Part shown: piece by piece, positions 48,001-51,812 of the stretch | Position numbering within the stretch: the first letter of the stretch is position 1 | Layout of the letters: each line of letters starts with the position of its first letter | Source of the DNA: Actinomycetota bacterium | Lineage (GTDB): Bacteria > Actinomycetota > Acidimicrobiia > Acidimicrobiales > Ilumatobacteraceae | Assembly: GCA_009703125.1 (NCBI GenBank) | Contig: WLGS01000001.1 | Span: 29,860 to 93,859, forward strand | Direction: 5' to 3' | DNA length: 64,000 bases | Made by a program: the position numbers and the translations under genes | Notes under the pieces: generated by a model | The model's database searches: none | What the model was told of the DNA's origin: nothing | The model's input: the letters and a program-made list of their open reading frames with translations, nothing else

Positions 48001-50808
48001 GGATGTGGTGTTGGGTACTGAAGAAATCGAATAGGTGCCGTCGTAGGCACTACCCAAACCCGCAACAACAATGGAATTTCCTACTGCGAGTCCGTGCGCA
48101 GTGGACGAGGTGATTCTCGCGACATTTGATGTCAGCGACGCTTCAGTGATTGCGATACCGCGACGAACATCGCTCGCACCGCCTCCACCTTGACCAGGCG
48201 CACTTCCTGCACCGCCACCGTTCCAACCGCCAGCGGCCCCATTGTTGGAACCTCCGACGAAAAAGAACAACACTTCACCTGGGGTTACAGGCAAGATGGC
48301 ATCCACCTGGCCGGCACGGCCGGCAGCAAAAGTTGTGGCGCCACCAGAAGCTCCAATTGCGGTGACATTTAAACCTGTGATTCCTTGAGGCACGACATAG
48401 GGCTGCGGCGCACCGGTGTGTACAAACACTGTGCTCCTCGCAAACTGAGTCTGGGCAGAAACAGCTGTCGAATAATCCGTGAGACATGCCGTTGTACACG
48501 CTTGCGTATTGTCGGTGTAAACATACGCAACTTGGTAGTGGTACGTCTGGCCCGTACTCAAAGAGTTTGCACGTTGAGCATTGCCCGCAATTGCAAGTGC
48601 AGTAGAAGTGACATTGGCTGCAGTTCGGTTATAGGTAAAAGTTGTCGATGTCACCGACCTCACTACATGTGTTCCATTGAATGTTGGATCTATTTCGGAC
48701 ACAACAACAGAATCTCCAACACTTAAACCGTGCGGAGTAGCGGTTGTCAAAGTGGCGATGTTTGTTCCCAGCGCAACTCTGATGACACGTGTGGGTGAAC
48801 CCATATGAATGAATGAGTCAGTGAGGCGACCGCCAATTCCAAATTCATTCGTCAGAGCATTCGGGTCTGTCCCCCATTTAATTCGAACGCCTGTCACTGC
48901 TGTGTTTAACGATGTTGGCCATTTCAATGCAACTGAATTCACTCCCGCAGTTGCAGTTAATTGACCAGGAGTCAATGGATTGGAGGCGATCTGCACAATG
49001 TCGACATCACACGTTTCTTGCTCTTCAACATCACATGCGTTCTCCACGGGCGGCTGCGACGATGACGTATTTGTCAGCAACGCTTGCAACTCCGCCGGGC
49101 TTGCCGATGGATTGTGAGCAGCGAGTCGGGCAAGAGCAGCGGACACATGAGCCGCCGCCATTGAAGTGCCTTGTCGATATGCATAACTATCGGCGCCTGG
49201 ACCTTGCTCTCCTGCATTAGAAAGCGAATAAATCCCCAGGTCGCCACTTGCATTGAGATCTCCGCCAGGAGCTGCGATATGAATTCCGCTACCAAAGTTT
49301 GAATAATGCGCACGCTGGCCTGAAGCATCAGTTGCGCCGACAGCAATAACTCCATCACAGTTCGCAGGTGAATACTCGCTGACATTGCTGTTTGCATTAC
49401 CTGCCGCTACTGCAACAACACTTCCATTTGCGATTGCGATATCAATTGCAGTTTGGAAAGTTGAACTACATGCGCCCCTTGTGGCAAAAGACAAATTGAT
49501 GACATCGGCTGGATTCTCGTTGTCCGCTACTCCTTCGACGCGACCACCTGAGGCCCAAATGATCGATGCTGCGATATCGGAAGACAAACCTCCTCGCCAA
49601 CTAATCGCACGAATAGGCAAGATGTTTGCCAGTGGTACAAGCCCAGCAATGCCGAGAGAGTTATTGATCTGCGCACCGATAATTCCGGCCACGTGGGTTC
49701 CATGCCATGAACTGTTGCGAACTGGGTCAAGTCCGCGCCAGTCACCTGGGTCATTTGGATTGCTGTCCCATCCAAGTTGGCCATAGGTCTCGGTGTCTAC
49801 ATAGTCACCATCGAATCCCACTTCATATTCCCCAGGTGTGCGAACAGCCGATAACTCAGGATGATTGGAGACAAAGTCGAATCCACTCAAGATTCGATCT
49901 CCAAAGTCGCCATGGCGAGTGATTCCGGTATCAATCACTGCAACAGTGGATCCCTCGCCTAGGTCTTGAGGTGTGCGCCCAAACGCAGGTGGGAAAAGGT
50001 GCTGTCCTGCCACTCCAGATGAGGACCAAAGATTCCATTGCTTCGATGAATATTCCGGGTCTGCGGTGTCGTTTTGGGTAGTCGTCACGACTTCTTCGGC
50101 CTCTACCCACTTCACTCGTGGGTCGGCCTCTAAAGACTCGATAATGAGTTGAGATGTTTCTTGCGTGACCGGCGCGGCCAAACGAACAGTGTGTAGTCCA
50201 TCGCCAAGGTCTGACTCGGGGACCAGCTCGACGCCTTCAACAACACCAGACCCGGTGGCAACCCCAGGCGATTGATCCGCCTCGACACCAGCTTCATACT
50301 GCACAATCAAACGGCTTACGACGCCATCAAAACCATTTGTCGGAATCACAGTGAGTGGACCAGCCAGCTCGCTCACGCCTACTTCGTTTCGAGCAGCCAC
50401 ATGAATTGTGTACGACGCACCGTTGACGAGTCCGTTGATCTGTGAAGTTGTCTGTGTCGGATCTATAACAACTTCGATGCCTCCAGGCTCAACTGCAACG
50501 ACATACGAAAGTGGTGGTGTGGAGTTCTCAGTGAGTGCATCCCACGACACAACAACTCCGTTATCGATGGCACGTGCCACAACATTTTGTGGAGCTTGTG
50601 CACATTGCGCAGGCATCACCACATCAACCTCAGTGAGCACCGCAAAGGTTTCAGAACATGGGAAAGTGTGGCCGACAATAACCTCGGCGCTTGCTGCAGT
50701 GGTAGGGACAAATGCGACTACAAGACATGCCACAAGCGAGACCGGCAGGGCGTTCGTGACAAAGCGGAGCCGTCCTCTCTTTTTAGAAAATAGACTCCAC
50801 TTAAGCAC
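30016..50808 (-). CDS. giant (6,930 aa) modular cell-surface protein: signal peptide, FN3, S8 subtilase, 6 x (FN3 + glycine-rich domain), Ig-like stalk, helical repeats, C-terminal polytopic membrane domain
   Basis: One frame is open for 20,793 nt from GTG 50808 to TAG 30016. Recognisable domain motifs occur along the whole length. All opposite-strand ORFs are short and low-complexity. Confidence 0.9.
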   Translation of the reverse strand: MLKWSLFSKKRGRLRFVTNALPVSLVACLVVAFVPTTAASAEVIVGHTFPCSETFAVLTEVDVVMPAQCAQAPQNVVARAIDNGVVVSWDALTENSTPPLSYVVAVEPGGIEVVIDPTQTTSQINGLVNGASYTIHVAARNEVGVSELAGPLTVIPTNGFDGVVSRLIVQYEAGVEADQSPGVATGSGVVEGVELVPESDLGDGLHTVRLAAPVTQETSQLIIESLEADPRVKWVEAEEVVTTTQNDTADPEYSSKQWNLWSSSGVAGQHLFPPAFGRTPQDLGEGSTVAVIDTGITRHGDFGDRILSGFDFVSNHPELSAVRTPGEYEVGFDGDYVDTETYGQLGWDSNPNDPGDWRGLDPVRNSSWHGTHVAGIIGAQINNSLGIAGLVPLANILPIRAISWRGGLSSDIAASIIWASGGRVEGVADNENPADVINLSFATRGACSSTFQTAIDIAIANGSVVAVAAGNANSNVSEYSPANCDGVIAVGATDASGQRAHYSNFGSGIHIAAPGGDLNASGDLGIYSLSNAGEQGPGADSYAYRQGTSMAAAHVSAALARLAAHNPSASPAELQALLTNTSSSQPPVENACDVEEQETCDVDIVQIASNPLTPGQLTATAGVNSVALKWPTSLNTAVTGVRIKWGTDPNALTNEFGIGGRLTDSFIHMGSPTRVIRVALGTNIATLTTATPHGLSVGDSVVVSEIDPTFNGTHVVRSVTSTTFTYNRTAANVTSTALAIAGNAQRANSLSTGQTYHYQVAYVYTDNTQACTTACLTDYSTAVSAQTQFARSTVFVHTGAPQPYVVPQGITGLNVTAIGASGGATTFAAGRAGQVDAILPVTPGEVLFFFVGGSNNGAAGGWNGGGAGSAPGQGGGGASDVRRGIAITEASLTSNVARITSSTAHGLAVGNSIVVAGLGSAYDGTYSISSVPNTTSFTYSRTHANVASATVTGAVIQAVPSSSWSRRVLVAGGGGGAGSHAGGGSGGGLIASAGAPHGGNLGGAAGTQSTGSAVGAGSGGTTAAGGGGGGFWGGAGGAAYAGGGGGSSFTGTGVYGITHTPAVATGGASIRVRIPQTTTMVPPTQFAGKGWSRSSELTWVVPPLDDVTGYRIRWGTDPTQIVNQFDVSGGDTNFFTHSATPISIVSKAKTATVATLTTAVDHRLVVGQEISISGVDSLFNGIVRVATVPTARTFTYALAGTSVVESVVRPTGLVQRTSHLPVGQTYYYRIASIYTDISQPCGSFCLSAYSSAITVDGRFETSQNFEFVEAPETYKVPMGVTQIRVDARGAAGANNATMASGRGGRVVATVPVTPGETLFIYVGGGGGNNYPFTFRSSIVAGYNGGGVSTGTGGGGGGATDIRRGFTVTNAALTGNVVTLTTSEPHGFAVNNQVVITGLGDVYNGTYAVASAPTTTTFTYARTSANIASASVDGAVLFSNPAFGLSRRVLVAGGGGGGGSHAEGGAGGGLQGAAGANFSSHLGGDGGTQTAGSRGIGLGGSGATSGGGGGGGYWGGDGSVGYAGGGGGSSWTASSIQFVAHTRGENAGNGALTITTAQDATIPAPTNLVATGWNYRVHVAWTPSTNKEATGYRIRWGTSSGALTEVINVSGANTSEYTHASRTMGTPYFYSIATVYTDVNQDCGTECLSEFSSEVSDFPRFTATTNFEFTESIQSYTVPAGVSRINVSAFGAQGGSMTAQGGLGGHVSATVPVVPGETLFVFVGGGGGDNHPARFQVSTVAGWNGGGTGLGTGAGGGGGGASDIRRGITVTGASLLSRVVTLTTASPHGFVAGNSVVVAGVGAPYDGTYSVVAVPTTTTFTYAKTELDIAFAAKTGAVIRNLTTANLSTRLIVAGGGGGVGHTVHAGGAGGGLVAGQGVSNSCANGIDGNCSGLGASQFFGNALGVGASAPSTNGGAGGGGYYGGYASGQSPQQNRVGTGGYSGGGGGSSWTVPGAGFVSHTQGARAGNGLISIFAPEGGSLSAPNEFDAYGFQAQVMLNWTPSPQAAVTGYRISWGTSQGVLNRTIDIPGRLTQSFNHHGNTFAVTARAITSNVASLTTATAHGISVGSEILVQGVGAPFDGTYIATTGTTGTTLRYSVVHANIASAAVTPTGVVSLTKSLDINTTYYYEISAIFTDATRPCNTACESASSTQRYATPIFTKDVSFGATDTVQTYAVPPGVSWLQFDAQGAKGGAGAPAVGGNGGRIEGAIPVTPGEELYIYVGGRGGGDRINTQHVGGWNGGGSGSGVNAGGGGGGATDIRRNKLVVTNKIIQNSIATLTTAETHGLSVGNRVIVAGVGSEFDGTFVLTAINAASKTISYPVSTGTLTGRASSGTVSGPSAWATEASLATRVVVAGGGGGGGHSTGIGGIGGGLVAGEGVSNSCANGIDGNCSGLGGSQTYGNALGAGGNAATTSSGGGGGGYWGGWPAGRSPQLARVGTGGYSGGGGGSSFSTATALSNTDTRTIAGVMHTRGYNTGNGSLILSVPTRAYPTGVEAQGWSGYNAISWDESDISGASMYKVYGGTTQNPSTLLATLPYGVNAFEHHGPSFVATNISLTSNVAVVTTSTAHGMAVGNRVVVSGVHSVLNGIRTITAVTATTISFAVTSANIASRSVSTGVVQLQNRLSMGTQYFYRVSIVSGSIESQRSTEVTATPSLSSSETFNAIDAVQIFTVPANVNKIFVTADGAMGSTGNPAAGGRGGRTQGAISVTPGEKLYVYVGGEGGDLLASSKHLGGWNGGGNGTGASAGGGGGGATDIRRNVFNVTNKIVQSSAATLTTQNPHGFSVGQTVIVTGVGTPYDGTFTVTAVPTTSTFSYAVGVGSIAGTATTGTVSGPSLWSTPASLATRLVVAGGGGGGGHSTGIGGVGGGLIAGEGVSNSCGNGIDGNCSGYGGSQTYGNALGTGGAASTPASGGGGGGYWGGWAAGRSPQLDRVATGGYSGGGGGSSYTAPEVTSVFHAQGIISGDGLMEIAWSSSPIVTGVQATPLDRAVSVSWNESFLTSLTGYRVYGGTAANPTTLLATVPTGTLGYSHTGLTNETPYFYRIAPIVTINGVTSEAPLSGDVTATPTALTTVTTSFSGSVVPFVVPTGVSWLQVDAMGGQGGAGNPAVGGRGGRTQGAIPVTPGETLYRYVGGAGNSNVGGWNGGGNGSGATSGGGGGGATDIRRNMFNVTNRIVQSSRATLTTTSPHGFSVGHTVIVAGVGTPYDGTFTVTAVPTTTTFSYAVGVASLASSATTGTVNGPSLWSTAGSLATRIIVAGGGGGGGHSTGTGGVGGGLIAGEGVSNSCGNGIDGNCSGFGGSQTYGNALGTGGVASTPASGGGGGGYWGGWAAGRSPQLARIATGGYSGGGGGSSYTAPEVAVPVHTRGHQSGAGSLTISYSVDNTVPVVSGISSPNPAGNYLAEREVIVNVAFSEAVIVTGTPTLTLNAGTRDVAVNYLSGSGSSTLSFRYVVATGDLISALDVKDTTSLALNGGTIRDRVGNNADVTLPVPGSSDSLAGSKLLSIDGAVPLKPTVLSASGIDGIALDWADNVETDLFKYRIYSCSGLVASSCASESSFSVLSSVDDSVSAFEHIAVGRGLTYYYYVTAIDLRGNESPASDVVSWILPIPIMVVTPSITGVTPTSDLTPLITGAADAGATVLIFMDGSSTPLGSTVADSFGAYSFSPSSNLTPGLRTFRARATVSGVKTGSSGVSSELTINIDTTAPTFTSVLRQAPSSQTTGLDALTFRLTFSEPVSGLDSSDFVVTGSTATVSRIAMVSGTLGSYDATVSGGDLASLNGVVGLGFVANPTVTDIAGNSLTGIVPTGVAQTYTLDNRNPVVSITSSAATLGGTGTAVITFTLDQASTDFGVDDVATSGGTISGFTGSGMSYTASFSPSLGFSGTAQISVDAGAFSNASGVFNTSSSLSIAVDTAAPRVISIQSSTSNGMYRTGSIIDVTVTFNEAITVNTGGGVPSLILETGATDRSANFVSASGAVATFRYTVQVGDLSTDLDIQSVDALALNGGAIRDVVGNIANRTLMSPGSAGSLAANAALIIDTVAPTAPTGLVLTPVGGTVTSNKLSATNTNLTATATIIPGEATGGAATLYLDGALIATDSTISSTDSTATFTLGATTTAQLQALVTGSGVVTVKLADLAGNLSLASSGVSLSVDYVVPTITLSSNRTSVIAGQTATVTATLSEPSINFNLGDITVVGGSAGTFSGSGTSYSFVLTPTSNSTVAMVASVTTGAFTDAAGNPNEVSNTVTSTVDTAIPVVSSVSSTTANGAYRAGSVVDISVVFTDAVIVQTGGGTPVLALNAAAGASATFVAGSGTSTLTFRYTVLAGHTSGDLDYATVNALSLNAGTIRDLSGNDASVSLPTVGGASSLAGNKAIVIDTLAPTSPTNLALAPVGGTVVANTLLASTTNLTASANIIAGQATNGTANLLLGETVLATDNSIGSSDTTLAFSLGLSSSAALQSAIAAGGAVTVQLIDAAGNVSALSSSVMLVVDYVVPTITLTSVTTTLRVGQTAVITATLSEPSSNFVITDIATTEGSVSNFVAVSSTVYRFTFTPAVGRNQVTGSVAVLAGVFTDTAGNGNAPSASLSFAIDTLAPNAPVISGTSPITTNDVSPTISGTAEAGSTVVVYDNSSSPATELKTLVATDGTWSFTDVALLDGDHSITAVATDIAGNASIASQGVTWRIDSVPPVVTMSAVAGNDDVTIAEKNAGVTVSGTVENNATMTLTFAGLTKSITPVSGSWSYTLTSSDWTQIGTTALVVFIATATDTATNVTERSRSVAMNLSSVVAPGVPQLLLADDSGTPGDSRTNQRTVRITTALTNSGSLVHKPGQLLQLVDLSGGVVASRVLTSADISAGAYEFTVSSLDDGTYGYRAKVSGEGNSAVSTSDLMLVIDNRIPGTPGAPDLEASSDSGISSSDNITNKNDGWFTIAIDGVQISGNALIAGDKIKLLSGSNVVHTSTLTSSEISAQSIRVQADSIFSQGSHVISAQAESASGTRGTPSQSITVVVDRTSYGAPSTPNLSDASDTGLSNSDNVTNIVQPTFVFSLASFGAVANDSLSLLDGSNTVIGEVVITQQDVLAGFVEVPISGTFADGTHAVSARITDRAGNIGQISAGLTVMIDTAAPSASTPVLTASSDTGFSSTDRVTSLLRPTFSGVGVNDQRIDIYNGSNFQGSATVASGVWNFTVLADFANGSHQIRSKTVDVAGNESSLSSSVVVVIDSVQPSNPVFTNSNMIKNSATPVLTGVAEADAFVTVRSGALSLATTRTAVSGAWTAEIASPLAQSVFALDAVATDVAGNVSSGMSNASLTIDTTAPAAPTITAFNVVSSPITLNGTGEVGATVSIFDGTTVIGTAVVGAGGTWTFTTAALTQGAHSFTAVQTDAAMNGSSASSPARIITATQTAAILGADSNNNNNVALTASQYVADGVTAINTPAKAGLMNDVLDELSSNAVDTQSELVSVAEVVNSIFATASGTAVSPPLTAASLALLGITGVTSENLAAVLAAIAATPDDGSGVDSFSELRQLIDDAVTDATAALNVISGFTGSNVAPTLSTYADAAISGVSVANIGAVNSLIAELSSSATDTSTEVQDAVNAYVALLNTADGVANGVEAITLAQFQTLGLGVINTASERQLFNSVVDVSLVSAIDTWAELDYLATIVNRISVLAAGGTPSPALTADDLARLGITGVTSNNLAEVLNAIAATADNGSGVSSLMLLQNVVNTGIANAVADSRAVIASYEGSTGVPTLGDFANVGVTGVTNANLAGVNSFLAVIAASESDSQSEVQTTVDALSKVAAAANGFADGGASLNATDYAALGLTYINLSSEIGLLNDVLDNKVTQAVDTYTEVAALASIVARIIGETSGTVASPELTPQDFLALEISGVTSHNIEAILSAIRSSNSNNTPITDLSSLRTLVASAVEQARDAAILVISQFDGSSNSVAPSLADFANAEVSGVTISNIVAVRTAFAVIGSLASDSTSEISAVVNGFVAVLAGADGTANSNVSLTVAEYQGFGIRAIDTTDKAALLNSVLDRKIRTSVDEYLEIVVLSEIVSDLFLLATGNEPLSEISIERLSLLGLTGVTPENISLILAAIGNLNGNTGGLNSLTKLQNIVDTVRTNQANALVVIKSYDGTNTIPSLSTFEALGITGVDYRNIGLVNQYLATMTMAQTDSQIEVQALVDAVLKILVCADGIANQNCALTGAEYRAMGYVDIDTDAEIEAMNAEMDVLDLSPADLHNVTAQLAVDITQRFAPVAPSPAPVNPPTVDVPNSVPAVRPVDTPNTGVSVTPTTVATSTSTPPTTTTIPPMEILDMSGGVRVAPNRGVVLINGALQEMQITIAQGNIATAQIPGLFTVRLTPQKLESDPAITGRESQIIAFKGRTIQISAEGFAAQSGVEVWVNSTPVLLGTVTTDTQGTFSQAFELPAGIEVGDHVLTLSGTAQSGSAAIVSIGLVVVDISSITESENPSDNSTDAVNTDQEPFDARSEPKSTVALLGEMVALLALAGLAGSSSGGGRRNDDDEDNDGSGDRGSGDVAEVSAGETGENSEKNRDIFRIPRLRFMDHLMANFPRTISRQSPLLGSIFADAAYLRAWLGSLWALVPLLGVVTGVVAAVNTQFEVVMPALFLLTLIVVVSVFDALFGFVAVVTFGLAVLLGGGVHSADSIRGLLGMFVFSFAVPLIATASRPFRRLATQGFTGVWDRAADFVLITLFGAWAGGSMFSALPGLIGFRPDYADQISHIQIAAALALAARFVLENGATVFVPSQLRAMTVTDLCEPTVRQVVFSSFVRTAIFVFVAEVFIGNNWALWVGAILYLVPKLVPLMQDSLPNVPSLHIFMPRGLLKIVVLLLIAKWWGGLLTSNISNADQMVRIGFVFMGVPSLIATICGWFGRSSTHQWKQTWLTRIAGLVLLIVLFLMVQDII
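30019..31311 (-). other. C-terminal polytopic membrane domain (~430 aa, about 11-12 hydrophobic helices) of the giant protein
   Basis: First helix ALLGEMVALLALAGLAG, then a charged loop (GGGRRNDDDEDNDGSGDRGSGD...). This is followed by helices such as LGSLWALVPLLGVVTGVVAAV, ALFLLTLIVVVSVFDALFGFVAVVTFGLAVLL, LLGMFVFSFAVPLIA, FVLITLFGAWAGGSMFSALPGLI and IAGLVLLIVLFLMV. Confidence 0.7.
32040..34580 (-). repeat. about 13 predicted alpha-helical ~65-70-aa repeats organised as four ~200-aa super-repeats plus a partial fifth
   Basis: Recurring triplet of sub-repeats: L(T)xxxYxxxG(V/L)xxI(N/D)Txxxxxx(L)N(D/S)V(L)D ; LTxxxLxxLGITGVTSxNLxxVLxAIAAT ; (T/S)LxxFAxxG(V)(T/S)GVxxxN(I/L)xxVN. Confidence 0.7.
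34580..40660 (-). other. Ig-like / FN3 stalk region of the giant protein
   Basis: Many ~100-aa beta-rich units with ID(T)xAP boundaries. One FN3 is present (LDWADN...YYYYVTAIDLRGNES), along with DxGxSxxDxxTN-type Ig repeats (SDSGISSSDNITN, SDTGLSNSDNVTN, SDTGFSSTDRVTS). Confidence 0.6.
37045..39067 (-). repeat. two diverged 1,011-bp (337-aa) super-repeats, each of three Ig-like domains
   Basis: VDTAAPRVISIQSS... (from ~39067) and VDTAIPVVSSVSS... (from ~38056) align along their whole length, ending at AIDTLAPNAP (~37045). Confidence 0.75.
40663..48990 (-). repeat. six tandem 400-500-aa modules, each FN3 + glycine-rich (ALK/LTK-like) domain
   Basis: The GGGGG(A/S)(T/S)D(I/V)RR motif recurs near 48168, 46728, 45522, 44030, 42535 and 41310. 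Module starts lie near 48990, 47575, 46135, 44870, 43350 and 41880. Confidence 0.85.
49068..49971 (-). other. subtilisin-like peptidase S8 catalytic domain inside the giant ORF
   Basis: Triad motifs in canonical order: VAVIDTGI (Asp codon 49930-49932), HGTHVAGIIGA (His codon 49702-49704), GTSMAAAHVSA (Ser codon 49162-49164). It is preceded by an I9-propeptide-like segment. Confidence 0.85.
50344..50595 (-). other. N-terminal fibronectin type III-like domain of the giant protein
   Basis: aa ~72-155: APQNVVARAIDNGVVVSWDAL...GASYTIHVAARNEVGVSE. Confidence 0.6.
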
Positions 50809-51109
50809 CTATAAATAATAGAACCCGCTTACCGAAACTCATATTTGAGATACGGCACGGAAGGCTATGAAAGCCCAAAAACTATGACCCTCAAGTAGTG
50901 GTTGAGAGTCACAACTCCAAGCATTCTGCAACAAATGCAGTGTCACAATTCCATTTTGCAGACCTGCAGTTGTGTGTTCCAAGGAACTCTCCTCTCGAGT
51001 GACACCTGCAACAAGATCGCATGGACTCACCGCACCCGTGTCTCGCCGGAAGTAACCGGCATCACGTCAGTACAAGACGTTGTTTCTAGGGGAACTATGA
51101 CGAAGAGGT

Positions 51110-51724
51110 TTACTCAAAGAGAACCGCAAAAAGCATTTCTTGAAACGTCGTGACAAGCTCCTGTCGAGACAAGAATTCTGGACCCAGTTCCCACAACGAA
51201 ATTCCGTGAGCAAATGACAAATACAGTCCTGCTATGTGTAAGCAGTTAACGGATTCCTTTATCAGGCCTCGTTGCTGCACCGACTCAAAGACTTCAGCCA
51301 AGTTGCGACACAATGCATTTCTTTCATCTGCGATTTGTTCCGCAAATTCGGAATGATCTTTCGCATTGCCAATGTCGCTATTTCTTTCCAGTCGCACTCG
51401 ACTTCGTTCTGGCACAAACACCACAGACAGCGTTTGTTCTATTGCTAAACGAAATTCCATTGAGGAATTACAACGTGATGCCAAGTGAGCAAACTCATCA
51501 AGCTTGAACCCATACCGTTGACCAAAGCGAGCAGCCATGGCAGAGGCGACAAGCGTGTCTCGATCGCCAAAGTAATAACGAATCATTCCCTGAGACACTC
51601 CCGCATTGCGAGCAACATCAACTATCCGAAGTGCACCCTCGCCGTGGCTATCAATTGCATCAATTGCTGATTGAAGGATTTTCTCGCGTGTCAATCCATC
51701 GTCTTTAGATACAGCCACAGTCAC
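51110..51724 (-). CDS. TetR/AcrR family transcriptional regulator
   Basis: HTH region (LRIVDVARNAGVSQGMIRYYFGDRDTL). GTG start at 51724. Confidence 0.8.
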   Translation of the reverse strand: MTVAVSKDDGLTREKILQSAIDAIDSHGEGALRIVDVARNAGVSQGMIRYYFGDRDTLVASAMAARFGQRYGFKLDEFAHLASRCNSSMEFRLAIEQTLSVVFVPERSRVRLERNSDIGNAKDHSEFAEQIADERNALCRNLAEVFESVQQRGLIKESVNCLHIAGLYLSFAHGISLWELGPEFLSRQELVTTFQEMLFAVLFE

Positions 51725-51784
51725 CAGTTTTCACCTTTCTTCACGCCAGTTGTTGCTCTTGTGCACCTACAAGTCATGGATAAA

Positions 51785-51799
51785 TCATAAAATTTATGA
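51785..51799. promoter_or_regulatory. 15-bp palindrome TCATAAA-A-TTTATGA (candidate TetR operator)
   Basis: Perfect 7-bp inverted arms around one central base. It lies in the 88-bp divergent region between the TetR gene (51724) and the propeller-OmpA gene (51813). Confidence 0.35.
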
Positions 51800-51812
51800 A
51801 TATACTTTCGGT

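Noticed and set aside
40663-48990. Periodic repeats that might suggest a CRISPR array or a mobile-element array.
   Set aside because: The repeat units are 1.2-1.5 kb, in frame and protein-coding. There is no short direct-repeat/spacer organisation, and no cas or transposase genes are in the window.
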